Below are positions 1 through 11,403 of a stretch of DNA of 64,000 nucleotides, piece after piece. Below the pieces are notes generated by a model. The model made no database searches, was not told the origin of the DNA, and worked only from the letters and a program-made list of their open reading frames with translations. The stretch is from Mayamaea pseudoterrestris (lineage: Eukaryota): positions 62,001-126,000 of the forward strand of contig BROI01000035.1 of the NCBI GenBank assembly GCA_027923505.1, in the 5' to 3' direction. The translations under genes were made by a program, and so were the position numbers. How positions within the stretch are numbered: position 1 is the first letter of the stretch; each line of letters starts with the position of its first letter.

Positions 1-623
1 GCAAGGAAGCCACCAATGATTGGCTTGAGTACCTCGTAGCAACCAAACTTGATGCTGCCCTCAAACATGTATCCAAAAGTTGTCGGACCAAGTCCGTCCA
101 ATAAGACATGCCAACCGTCATGCTGTATAATCTTTCGAAAGGCTTCCGACAAGGAAGCGTCGTCAAGAAGAGGATCGACTTGTTTCCTGGTTTTCAAGAC
201 GTCTAATGGAAGTGGAACCGTATGTGAAATAGCGGCGCACAATCCTCCTGCTATATAATATCTCCAAGCACCTGCTCCTGAAATGCTGTAGAGCTTGATC
301 AGCATGAAAACGCTCGAGCATGTGATGAAGGCGAGCTTGAGCTTGTCCGACGACGCAACTACCGGTAGAGGAGACTCCTGTTGCAGCAAATAGCTATTCT
401 TGTAGTTCAGCTCCTCCGTACCCTCAATTGACTGCTTTATGTAGTCATCGTTGCCGTTCGATAAGATTCTGCTTGTCAAGAGTTGTTTCCGTATCCGCAT
501 ATCGCGCCGCGGCAGTGTCGATCGAGGAATGAACGCATCAGATAGCTGCAAGTGGAGCAAAGTCAAGACAAACAATGATTTAAAAGAAGACTCAATCCTA
601 AGTCCTCGTGTCCTTCTGACCAT
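1..623 (-). CDS. Mitochondrial carrier family protein (phosphate-carrier-like), 3' end runs off window; signal peptide plus SDA-FIP motif
   Basis: Not in ORF track; manual translation from ATG 623: MVRRTRGLRIESSFKSLFVLTLLHLQLSDAFIP...YYIAGGLCAAISHTVPLPLDVLKTRKQVDP...GLGPTTFGYMFEGSIKFGCYEVLK, containing the Px[DE]xx[KR]x[RK] carrier signature. Confidence 0.85.
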   Translation of the reverse strand, partial: MVRRTRGLRIESSFKSLFVLTLLHLQLSDAFIPRSTLPRRDMRIRKQLLTSRILSNGNDDYIKQSIEGTEELNYKNSYLLQQESPLPVVASSDKLKLAFITCSSVFMLIKLYSISGAGAWRYYIAGGLCAAISHTVPLPLDVLKTRKQVDPLLDDASLSEAFRKIIQHDGWHVLLDGLGPTTFGYMFEGSIKFGCYEVLKPIIGGFL

Positions 624-1031
624 ACTGAACTCACTGTCAGTCAACAGCGTTAAAAGGCAGTGAGAATGGCCATCATGGTCGTCCGCTCTCCGCTCATCAC
701 TCGTATAACGTTGTGACAAAAAAGGTCATTTTGCGTGACGGAAGCATGACCAATCATAATTCGTCCGGGCTTGCTTTCGCGGAGGCGCAATGAGCAGCAA
801 CTTTGCCTTCCTTCAATTGTTGTCTCCTTCATCCATGGGTCAAAAATTGTTCACAAAGTGCCATGCAATCATTATAGACGCAACTGAATAGCCAAATAAT
901 TAGTCAAGAGTTTTTTCGATTACGCCTAGAGTCGACAGCCAAACTGCCCCTTTCGACGAGACGATTTCGTTTCGATATCGACCCGCCCGTCGTCACTCTA
1001 CAATCGACATTGCTGTTCCATTACAGCCATC

Positions 1032-1205
1032 ATGTCTCAACATGACTCAACAATCACATTGAAGCAATTGGAGGAGGAAATTGCAGCAACCCAAGTAGCC
1101 ATTCTAGCGCTGCAGGAGCAACCAGCACGAAAGAAGAGCTTGAAGCGTCGATCCGTTCGAAAACGCACAAGTCGAAAAGGACAAGCAATAGAAACGAATT
1201 TGAAT

Positions 1206-1245
<40 letters not shown>

Positions 1246-3620
1246 AAGATGAAGTTATAGCAAATGCAGTCGAAGCGCAGCATATCGATTATGGCTACGG
1301 AGACAATCAGTCTAAACCAGTCAGCAACAGCACGACAAGTTGCATTCTGCCACACACTCGCATGAACAGGCGAGCCTCCTACGCGGCCAATCCAGACTTG
1401 GATGTTACAGAGTTTCATCGGCAACAGAGGCAGCTTGAGATACAAGAAATGCATCGATTGCATCAGGAGCAGCGACAAAAGCATCTGCAAAGGGCGGCGA
1501 GTGCAGACGACGTTAAGCGTGAATCCATGACGATGTCCGAAATAAAAGATACGCCAATGCAAGCAATGAAGCAATTGGTCCAAAAAGAGGACGATCCAAT
1601 CAAGAATCTGGAAACCGAAATTGCGAAATTGGAGGCTGCACTTGCTGCTGCGCAGCAACAATCATCTACTGCGAATGCGACTAGAAGCAACAAACCATTT
1701 CATTCAAGTCAGCGGCGGCGGAAGTCGCTTCCGCCTCCTCCACCCACGCAGCCTCGACCAGTAAGCAACAATAATAGTCTCAGCATGAGCCTGCATCGCG
1801 AGCAACTCGAGCAGCAGATTCAAAGTATGCAGACAATTAACCGACGCAAGTCGTCCTTTTCCAAACCAAAAACATCACTCAATAGTGCATCACAAATGCC
1901 ACCTCTTGCATCGCCAAAGCCAAGCTACGCCAATGTTTTGCTGCACAATGCACTCACGTCGGCCGTCAAGCAGCGAGATAAGCGACTACGGCAACAAAAG
2001 TCTCAGGATAATTTCTCTTTGCAGCAACAGCAATCTGCAGTACAGTCGCATGCTTTCAATTTAGCCCAACTTGCATCACAAGCCGCCAAAAGTCGCACCT
2101 TACGACTCGATCATGGCGGTCAAGCTAAAATGACGGAAGTCAAACAACTAGTGGACTACAAGCGCCACTTTAACCCAATTGTTAAGGCGGCGGCGGAACT
2201 TGGGCGATTGACGCGGTTGAATGAAGTTGTCATCGAGGCAGTGGCTCCAACCAAAACGCCCGCGCAAGAGTGGAAATCGCAGGGACTACTTGCCATGGCA
2301 TTGCAGTCCAATCACATGGCTATTGTCAGGGAGGCGGCCCATGTTGGAAATGAAACAAAGTTGCCCGAACATGTAGTAATGAGTGGAGATGCGACTTGTG
2401 CAGGTGAAGAAGAGGAAAATGCAACGGAAAATTTTCGCATGTCGGAGCGAAAAAGACAATTGTTGGAACTGAATGATATTGCTGGCCAGGGTCTGCAAAA
2501 GGTGGACCGTTTCATGAACGTCAAGCAACGTGAAGTTATTTTATCGCCGGCACAATTGGTTGTTCGGCCCATGTTGTACTACCAAAACCTTAACGACGTA
2601 GTTTTGCCGCGAGAGCGTCCGCCAATGATTGATACGAAAAAGGCATTGTATAAACTGCAGCACGAGGAGCGACCAATGATTGACATGGCTCGCTTTGTTG
2701 CCACGGCGGCTTGGGAGCGTCGGGCCCGATTGGATCGGCCAAACATGATGCCCAAGATGAAGGACAAATGTAATTGCGTGTACTGCGACCATGCGTCTCC
2801 CTTTCAAACATATGCTTACAAGGTGAAGGAGCAGCAACGCAAAGAAAATGGTGGTATGGATGGTTCGGCGGTAATGAGTAACCTCGCCAAGTATGCTGCG
2901 CAGACGCCTCGTCCAGTGACAGTAGACGCAATTGACAAAGCACCGATTCAGGTGCAGCAGGCCAAAGCCGCCTTTCTCCGGGATACAGTGGACTCGTCAG
3001 ATGATCATGTACTTTCATCACCTTCCCGTCGGCGCTTTGTCGTCGCGGACGATTCATGCGTGCATGCAGAGATGGCGAATAAGTTTAAACTAAGCTCCGG
3101 GCTTCAGTCTTCAATTCATGAAAGCGATGTATCACTTAATGCTTTGGCTGGATCAGCTTCCGGTGACCTTTCCGCCCATACAAACGAGGTCAGTCCTCGC
3201 CGTCGCGCCAAGGTCAAAGGCAAGTCACATAACATGTCGCCACAGAAGTCACCTGGTCGAAGGACTCGCAAATCAATTTCCGACGCTACTATCAATGCAT
3301 CAATCGGAAGCTACTCCGCGTCATCGCCAAGGACACCGTCGTCAACAGCCAGAAACATCAGCGAATTTGCTGCCAGTGCAATTGTCACACCAGATGCAAT
3401 TCGTGAGATATCTCCGTCGCCTCCGCTCGTTTCTTCGGCGGAATGTGCTCCGTCAATTGATATTGCTACCAAGTTGCCTCAAGTTATCGACAAGCCAGCT
3501 TCGTCCGAGGAGTCTGTCAATGGCGATAAAATTTCGTTTGTCACAATGGAGACAAGCACCGCAAAGAAAAAGCAGAAGGGATTTTTTCGTAAACTGTTTA
3601 GAGGCAGAAAGAAAAAGTGA
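1032..3620 (+). CDS. Hypothetical 862-aa low-complexity/coiled-coil protein
   Basis: Long ATG-initiated ORF; poly-Ala, Q/S/P-rich segments, small CxCxxC cluster, basic C-terminus; no family recognised. Confidence 0.75.
1206..1241 (+). repeat. (GCA)12 microsatellite encoding poly-Ala
   Basis: Direct read of sequence. Confidence 0.95.
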
Positions 3621-3942
3621 GAAGTGTCAGCTTCTATGTACTGTACTGTTTTACTGGCGAGCTATAACTGCGTGTTCCTCCGAAAGCAATCCCATGGTTG
3701 ACGAGGACGATTGCCGTCATGGTGGACGAGTCGGCGAGGCGCCGAAACATAAACTGGATCTACAGTCGATCCCACTTGTGTTTTCCTGATAGACACTATA
3801 TTACTGACTTTAACACGTATCCTACCATGTAAACTAACTAAATATTAGGAGGAATAGATGCTTAGTCCCATCGAACGTCGAAGCATTACCGGTACCATGC
3901 AATCCCTTGGCACAATTTCGCAGCACAACAACACTAATTCAT

Positions 3943-5010
3943 TCATTTTTTGTTGTCAGCCCGCACTTCCCAGTTAAATCCAATAGCTTCCAGCGCGTCG
4001 ATTCGATCAATGGTAATGTGCGTCGGCTTGTTCTGCAAAAAAAGCGTATGCTGCCTTCTCTGGCATTTGATCCATGTGGCCAGGCGAGGAAAGGTTGGGC
4101 AGTTCCCAGGAACACAGCAGTGGCCATGCAATTGAATAAAGAGTACGAGCTCCTGCAGCCGACCGCTCCAGCATTCCGTCTGCGAGTCCCAGACGAATCC
4201 AATTTCGCTCAGAGCTTGCGCCCGCTCGGAAGTCATGGCTGACTTTTTTCCATTCAATTTCAAACGACCCTGGTACCTCTGCCGCTTGACCCAGCGAGCA
4301 AGTGCTGGATTGGGTGTGTAACGATGCGGAACCATACAGTTGTGATACTTCTTCTTGTAGTCTAACAATTCTTGGAAGCGAGCGTTCCAAAGGCCGGATT
4401 GAAACTCGCGAAACCGAGGATAGTTTGCCGAGGCCTCATCATCGTCGTCACGTTGCTTGCGCGTGCGTTTCTTCTTGGCAGTCTTGCTTGCGATTGACGA
4501 GGAAATAGACGAATCTTCCTCCGAGGAGGCAGTATCGGCGATGAAATTGACACCTTCAACTTGAGTTGCATCTATATCTGGATTCTGCATGGTATGATCT
4601 GTCGATTGAGTCACGACGATCGGGACTGTCATGAGCGCGTCTTCTGCCGCAAACTCTTCTTCAAACTCTTTCAATGCGACATCATCATTTAGAAAGTCAA
4701 TGATGCTCTTGACCTGATCCTTGTCGGCCTTGCCGGCATCTGGAGAAATGACTCTGACGAAATCTTGATGATCGAGAGGTGCCGTGGTCAAGCTGAAGTC
4801 ATTCTGTGTCGTTAATGCCATAGAGAAGGGGGACTCTTCTTGGAGTGCAAGTAGCAGAGAGGCTGAAGCATATCGCAACTGATTGCAATCATCCAATGAT
4901 GCCATAGTATTCATTGCATCCATTTCCGCTTTCGTTGAAAGGAAATCAAGCCGATGTGTGAATGCCCGTGAATGAAAGTCCCAATTGGTTTTCCGCCGTG
5001 CTTTCCCCAT
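3943..5010 (-). CDS. Helicase-associated (HA) domain protein, two HA repeats
   Basis: WNARFQELLDYKKKYHNCMVP...LARWVKRQR...LSEIGFVW and WSGRLQELVLFIQLHGHCCVP...LATWIKCQR...LEAIGFNW. Confidence 0.9.
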   Translation of the reverse strand: MGKARRKTNWDFHSRAFTHRLDFLSTKAEMDAMNTMASLDDCNQLRYASASLLLALQEESPFSMALTTQNDFSLTTAPLDHQDFVRVISPDAGKADKDQVKSIIDFLNDDVALKEFEEEFAAEDALMTVPIVVTQSTDHTMQNPDIDATQVEGVNFIADTASSEEDSSISSSIASKTAKKKRTRKQRDDDDEASANYPRFREFQSGLWNARFQELLDYKKKYHNCMVPHRYTPNPALARWVKRQRYQGRLKLNGKKSAMTSERAQALSEIGFVWDSQTECWSGRLQELVLFIQLHGHCCVPGNCPTFPRLATWIKCQRRQHTLFLQNKPTHITIDRIDALEAIGFNWEVRADNKK

Positions 5011-5428
5011 GCAGGATTCGCATCACAAACATGCGCACGTGGAGGGCAATGCTAAAGGTTTGGTTCAATTACGTGGCAAGCGCTTTATATGACGTGGATG
5101 AAGTCTTGTTGACGTTTTGATTGGTTAAGTGATAATGTCCCAGTCGTGCCAAATCTTTTCTCCATTCCATCGGTTGGCTGCTTTCGCTTGGGACTGAGAG
5201 TCCTCCGGGAAGCGGACATGTGCATTGTGTGTTGATTGTCATGACGTGAATCACAACGTCAACCATTATTCACAAAGGCCAACTGCGCGAAAAGACGCAT
5301 GGCGTATTGTCGTTTTCACGCCTGCTGCGACGCTTGTCCAACGCTCATTATGTCCGACGATAACGAAAAGATCAATTATTTCAGCCAGAATCAATATCCT
5401 CAAGTACTAGCCAAGCTCGCCGACGACG

Positions 5429-6475
5429 ATGTCAGACAAACAAGACAACATCAAAACGACGAGATTGAAGAGCAGCCACAAGAAAGCCAGGGCTCCACCA
5501 ACAGCTAAAAGCAATCTGCCATCTTGGTGTGCGTTTTTGGCCCTTTCACGTGAAGCGTATCCAGATCTTGAAGCCACGGAGGCCATGGATGATGGGTTTT
5601 TCGCCAGCAGTATAGACAAGAAGCTTGAGCAAGAGAGTACGAACAAGCCTTTTGCAAGCGAAGGAACATTCACGAAACAAACGCGCTGCTTTTGGGTTGT
5701 GACAGTTGCCATCTTGGTGATTTTGGTTGTCGTGATCGTCCTTCCAGTCGCACTTATATGCGGCGGCAAGAGCGCAAACGAGAACATGTTATCGGAGATG
5801 TCGGAAGCCGTAAATGTGTCCAGCCCAACAGCGACCGCCTTTGCACCCGTTTCGATTCTCCAAGACGAAGCCGTATCAACTATCTGGTCCGTCATTTACA
5901 AGGTTTCATGGGAAGCGACAATGAATGGATGCATGGGTCCGACTCCAGTTGCGACCGTATCTTGCTCAGATGGCAGCTATATTGATAGTACTGACTGCAT
6001 TCCTATTGATCCAAGCAGCAGCAATAGTACAGCGACATGCGCAACATCGCCTTCCACGTTTTCATGCCGCGGATATAACAACGAAAGCCTTGGTGTCAAA
6101 GTCCAGCTGCCGTCCCAGAACTACTCATGCTTCAAGCAGCTCAATTATTTGCAAAAGCCAATGGCTGATTCAGGTGTTTACAAGGGCGGCTCTACTATTC
6201 TAGACGTTTACTTGGACATTCTCGTTGCAAGCGGCGGATCGACAAACTTGCCGTCCACGTCTGCCGACTACTTGTGCAATCAGCATGCGCTAGTAAAAGG
6301 TTGCTCCGTCTCCAACTCTTGTCGACTCAATGTCAATGATCGCGACATTAGAAGTGACGGAGACGGTGGCTACGACGTCATTTATGGATCGGAAGGGTGC
6401 CTGGCGACGCTGGCTGACACGGAGCTTATTTTGCCGGACAACGCCGCCTCGAAAGTTGCGACAAACGTCGATTAA
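5429..6475 (+). CDS. Hypothetical single-pass membrane protein with Cys/Ser/Thr-rich external domain
   Basis: 348-aa ORF with one hydrophobic helix (FWVVTVAILVILVVVIVLPVALI). Confidence 0.7.
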   Translation: MSDKQDNIKTTRLKSSHKKARAPPTAKSNLPSWCAFLALSREAYPDLEATEAMDDGFFASSIDKKLEQESTNKPFASEGTFTKQTRCFWVVTVAILVILVVVIVLPVALICGGKSANENMLSEMSEAVNVSSPTATAFAPVSILQDEAVSTIWSVIYKVSWEATMNGCMGPTPVATVSCSDGSYIDSTDCIPIDPSSSNSTATCATSPSTFSCRGYNNESLGVKVQLPSQNYSCFKQLNYLQKPMADSGVYKGGSTILDVYLDILVASGGSTNLPSTSADYLCNQHALVKGCSVSNSCRLNVNDRDIRSDGDGGYDVIYGSEGCLATLADTELILPDNAASKVATNVD

Positions 6476-6926
6476 TGGATAGGATGACCGGCGTATGTGT
6501 ATGATGGTATGATGGAATGATGAATGGTAGAGGATGTGTAATGATATCTAGTAGAGTATATATTACTTACGCGTACTGCTTTTATGAACAACCTTTCTTT
6601 GCAACTCTCACTTAAGTTGATAGTTGCGTTGATTGTCCTTTTACTTCAAATGCACAAAGTTCTTTCATTGCTTGTGATTCAGGACAGTGACAAGAAATAT
6701 TCGGCGATATTATGTGAACTCACTTTTTTGAACTAAGCGCCTGGTAGCTGCATGCCACGAGCCAGTCATGTTCATTCGTGCATACCGGCGCATGCATCTC
6801 GCAACGGCCTATAATACCGCGAGGACCAGAGCGAAATCGCCCGCGACACAAAACATACACGTAAAATCGTCGTCTCCACGCTCCGCGCTTGAATGACGAG
6901 ATGCGACTGCAGTTGAGAATCGATTT

Positions 6927-7975
6927 ATGTCTGGAGTTTACACAAAAAAGCAGACGGTGTCGCTTTCGTTCACAAATCTCGGACGAACGATTACTGTTTC
7001 ATTCAGTGACCATGCTGTTTTTCAGTACCCGGGCAACTACCATGGCGGTTCCGCATATGGTCCACGTAATCGACGACGATGCGCAGCGCAACAAGTCGAA
7101 TACATTGAAGCGGCTTTTTCATATCATTGAACAAGTCGTTACCCCCGCGCAAACTGCGCGTTGCCATTGACTGCGAAGGCGTCAACCTTTGCCCCATAGG
7201 AACTGTTGAAATTGTCTCGCTTGGCTTCGATGATCAGCTATAGTAGGGATCAGACAAGGAAGTGTTTCTTATTGATTTGGGAAGCAAGTGTGACCCGACA
7301 ATGCGTGCGGATCGCGCGGCGGCGCTTAAGAAACTATTTGAAAGCGAAAACATTGTCAAGGTCATTCATGACTCTCGTATGAACTGCGACGCCCTGTTTC
7401 GCTGCCCAACATTTCGCTGAACAATGTTGATGATATTAGCTGCTTTCATTTTACGACTGACAAGAGCTTAAACGACGTTTTCAGCTTTCAAGGGCTTGGC
7501 GAAAACAGCGAGCGCGACACCTCAGTCTATAAATATAACCACAGCTTTTGGGCGACGTGACCATTGACGGACAAGATGAAGAATTGGGCGTCCATGGATG
7601 TTTTAAAGCTTTTGCTTCGCAGTTGCATGGATTGAGCGCCTGGCAGCGGCAATGGACCGCTCGCGAGCCTATACGCGTGTCGTGGTTGAAATGCAGCTTG
7701 AACGGGCCGTTCCTCTCTGCAAGGATGTTGGTCTCTTTATTGGCCGAAGCGGATCTAGCTTGCGATTGTTGCAGAATCGATCAGGCACAATGATCTACAA
7801 GGACTTCGAGAATGGCGGTCAAACACCACAAGTTGTCGATTCTGACCTGTCAAACGCCCCATGCCCTGGACGGGAAAGGTTTGTCTTGTCTTTTATCCAG
7901 ACATCAGTGCATTATCAATGGTCAAGCAAGCCATGGATAATTAATAGACAAATCGGCGATGCACATGTAGCTTAG
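6927..7975 (+). pseudogene. Disrupted 3'-5' exonuclease (EXD1/Egalitarian-like) plus KH-domain gene
   Basis: Fragments across frames: VAIDCEGVNL (7160), TAG TAG stops 7241-7246, EVFLIDLG, LFESENIVKVIHDSRMNCDALF, FWAT*PLTDKMKNWASMDV (TGA 7558-7560), KH-like VGLFIGRSGSSLR; boundaries approximate. Confidence 0.8.
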
Positions 7976-8038
7976 TGTGAATTCTATTTACAGTATAATT
8001 CGGTATGTACAGCAAAGATGTCATAAATATAGCGACGT

Positions 8039-9032
8039 TTATTTGGCAATTGCAGCTGACTGATCCGTGGCTTGAAATGAGTTAATTGTTGCTTGGATCG
8101 CTTGCCCGTCCGGACCATTATAATCCGTCTCCAAAGCACTTCCAAATGCGATCAGGAGGTTACCATCGTTTGCCCGCAAAGTAGCCTTGGCAACCGTGAC
8201 GCGAATTAGCCTTGAAACGCCATACTGTTCCAATAACAACTCCGGCTTTTGGACATCAATATCCGTCTTGAGTTGAAACGTCAAGTCTTTTCCATCCGCG
8301 GTGACCATAAGCGAGTCCGGAACAAGAATTGTTTTACTCCCTCCTCCTGATCGATCTTTTTCTCGATACAGGCTAATGAGATTGGCCACCGCTTGTGGTT
8401 CGCCAAGGTCCGGAAATGTGTCGAGTTTTCCGTTGGCTTCAATGCCATTATCCTCTAGCAACAGCCGCACCGGGTATCTGGGGAAATTGTGAAAGATGTG
8501 AGACATGACACTGATTATTGTAGCACTCCTCTTCATGACGCGTCAAACATCAACCAACTTCCCAAAACAAGCCACGTATATTTTCGTCGTCGTACCTTTC
8601 AATGGCAATTAGCTCCGCCTTTTGCATGTCTCCGCCTGTGAATATGGTGGCGCCCCTTCTTCCTTTTCCAGTGCTGCTGTCAGGTAAATCGCCTTTAGCA
8701 GTTCGTCGTATCGCAAAGTAGTTCTTCGGCAAGCGAATGGTGAATAACGAATCCGAAAATTCTTTGAACGGAATGGCTCCCACGAGGTCTTCGGCTGCCA
8801 TTGCAGATTGTACAGGAGAACTCATCGCAATCGTGCCAATTGTAATCAGCTTATTAAAGAGCTTACGTCTGTTGAATGATGCATCGCTGCTGGCAAGGTT
8901 CGAGTGTGACAAGGATGCCAAGGTTGAAAGAGAAACCCGTGGACTCTCGGGGCTATGATATCTTCCAGACCACGCATCACAGACAATGAGTAAAAATGCA
9001 GTGGCGCTGGTGCATGGTAATAATGCTCTCAT
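8039..9032 (-). CDS. PsbP-like thylakoid lumen protein (exons 9032-8596, 8477-8039)
   Basis: GT-AG intron 8478-8595 joins AIE-R-YPV; signal peptide ending CDA-W, twin-Arg RRKLF plus hydrophobic stretch ending AMA; FTIRLP-type PsbP start. Confidence 0.7.
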
Positions 9033-9371
9033 GGTTCTTGACTGTAAGGCTGCGTCTCCTCCTTATCGTTACCAAAACGATGAGCCAAATCCCATGGTCG
9101 AACGCGATGGTCGAACGCGATGGTTGACGCCGCACTCAAGAATCGTACCGTGACTCACCGTGTCGCACCCTGCTCGCAGCCATGCCGGTGTACGTGTTCC
9201 CTTTAGCTATCGGTATAATATCGGCTATGCGTCAATTACTTACAAATATGTGCAATTGACGCCACATTGATGTCCTATCTCGTTATGTAATTATCAGTAC
9301 TGTCGAAATTCAACCTGTCGTTCTAGCTTGCAAGGACCGTTGTTTTTGGTTTGCGCGCACAGGAAATGTCA

Positions 9372-11069
9372 TTAACGTTTAATTGCTTTTACCTCATTCA
9401 TAACCGCCTCTATGAGAGACAACCGATCATTGTAAACGTCTGGATCAGCGTCGGCTGCTTCTTTCTCCCAAGTCTCCGATAGATTTTGCAATGCCTCAAA
9501 GACACTGGTGGACGACCAAGCGTCACAGTGCGGTAACATGGCGCGGACTGCGTTCGCGGTCGTTTCAGTTTGTATTAAGGGGGACGACAAGGCTTGCAAC
9601 GCAGAGTTGCACCATTCGCCTGACGTAAATGCTTTGGCAATGGCGTCGTCCACTTGCGATGATGCACTTTCATGCAGCCGTGTGTCCGTCAAGACATCAT
9701 CCGCCAAGGCCAAGAGACGAAGAGCAATTCGCTGAGATAAGCGCGTGTCATTTTGTAACGCATGCGTCAAAAGTTTCCCGACTCGAACTGCACCGTTGAT
9801 GGAGACAAAGTGAGCCTGCGCGTCCCGATTGTTTCGCAAAAGCGCCCCCAGTGCGTAGATAAACTTTTGGAGCTTGACCGTTTCGGAGAAGTCGTACGCT
9901 ATGTCATTGAAAACGTCAATTTGCTCTGTCAGCAAGTCTAAGGCCGTCGTCGGCTGCTGCGTGTGCAATACCATGAGACGCTCCGTGGCGTAGCCGTGAA
10001 ATTCTTCCTGATTCTTCACAGCCGATCCAATGCACCATGCGGCGTGTAGCTGTACTCGATCCACTTTTAAAATCAACTCCTCAATGTTTAAACTATTTGT
10101 GGTCGCATTGACCGAATGTAATTGTGGATCCAGGAGCGAAACAAGCAATGGCCAGCCACCAAGTGTGTGGAAATCGCGCGTCATGTCAATGTCGGTCAAG
10201 TGATACTCCAAATCCATCAAGACTGAAACAATGTCGTCAGGATCAAATGCATTGTCATTGTCGGCGCGATGTCGGTCATTTTTAATGAGTTGCAGCCTTG
10301 TTACAGAATCCGTGTCAAAATATTTCTGCATTTGTCGGATTCTCTCTTTGAGGAGGTCCGGCAGATCCGACAACTCAAACTGACGCAACTGGTCCTGTCT
10401 TTGAGACCAGATGTGATTCATCTTTTTTTCAAACTCTTTCCGTTTCGCACGATCAGTCTTGTCAACGTAAGTTGGAAGCTGTAGGCGTTCTCGTTCCTCA
10501 TCAGGAAGCTGTGCCAGCGTTCGATGCATCATTTCAAAATCCATGTTGTCGATTTGGTTGCTGTCGCTCTTGCTCTTGCTGCTGCTTCTCTTATCGTTCT
10601 TATCGACAATACTATCACTTGATCTATCCTCATTCGCAGAAGTCGCAACAGTGAGTTGGCTTCCATCGGCTTGTATTTGCACGCCGTGTCCTTGTTCGTC
10701 ATCTTGATTGTCGTCCAGCAGCTTGACCCATCGTTCGCCCTTTTCCAAGTCAAGTCGCACATGCATACCTGCAGCAATGGTATCATTATCCCCAAGTAAT
10801 GTCCATTCATTTGTCGCTTGCACTTCAGTGGCCGATGAGAAAGGACATAGCAGAAAATGCAAAGAGGCAATGGCAATGGCAAGGAAGGGTGTACATTTGC
10901 AACATACCCTGCGATCCTTGTGCCGTCGGCGAACGCCCATTCTCTGTGATATTGCAATGGTTTGCAGCTTTATTCGACGATCAAGTCCAACAACTATAGA
11001 CTCGTCCGCTTGCATCATGCCTGCCGTGTATGAGGTAAAGAGAGTTGTTTGTTGGCTCATTTTCATCAA
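9372..11069 (-). CDS. SIL1: SIL1/Fes1-like Hsp70 (BiP) nucleotide exchange factor
   Basis: NEWTLL...AGMHVRLDLEKGERWVKL, LEYHLTDIDMTRDFHTLGGW, AAWCIGSAVKN; hydrophobic signal stretch; true start may lie downstream of 11069. Confidence 0.8.
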   Translation of the reverse strand: MMKMSQQTTLFTSYTAGMMQADESIVVGLDRRIKLQTIAISQRMGVRRRHKDRRVCCKCTPFLAIAIASLHFLLCPFSSATEVQATNEWTLLGDNDTIAAGMHVRLDLEKGERWVKLLDDNQDDEQGHGVQIQADGSQLTVATSANEDRSSDSIVDKNDKRSSSKSKSDSNQIDNMDFEMMHRTLAQLPDEERERLQLPTYVDKTDRAKRKEFEKKMNHIWSQRQDQLRQFELSDLPDLLKERIRQMQKYFDTDSVTRLQLIKNDRHRADNDNAFDPDDIVSVLMDLEYHLTDIDMTRDFHTLGGWPLLVSLLDPQLHSVNATTNSLNIEELILKVDRVQLHAAWCIGSAVKNQEEFHGYATERLMVLHTQQPTTALDLLTEQIDVFNDIAYDFSETVKLQKFIYALGALLRNNRDAQAHFVSINGAVRVGKLLTHALQNDTRLSQRIALRLLALADDVLTDTRLHESASSQVDDAIAKAFTSGEWCNSALQALSSPLIQTETTANAVRAMLPHCDAWSSTSVFEALQNLSETWEKEAADADPDVYNDRLSLIEAVMNEVKAIKR

Positions 11070-11403
11070 ACGCGCATTTTTCTATCGCGCAAGAACACGT
11101 GGAGAAAATGAAACTCGATACGACATAAATCACTGTCCTGCGAATAGTGCAACCAAAAATTTCAAAATTTTTCTGGCCACTGTGAGTAAAAGAGTACTAC
11201 TTCTAACTTTGAAATATCAAAGTTTTTGCACTATGTCTCATATAGTACAACTAAAACCCCGAACTTTGTAAAGTCACTACTTTGAGTCGGATAGTGGGCA
11301 GGAAATAAGAATTCACACTGGTGAATGAACGCTGAGCGGCTCTCCACGGCCACAACACACAACATTCGACCATGACAACCTTCCGTCCTCGTATCAGTTT
11401 TGC

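Noticed and set aside
9094..9124. 13-bp tandem duplication ATGGTCGAACGCG
   Set aside because: Two copies plus a fragment; ordinary slippage with no further support
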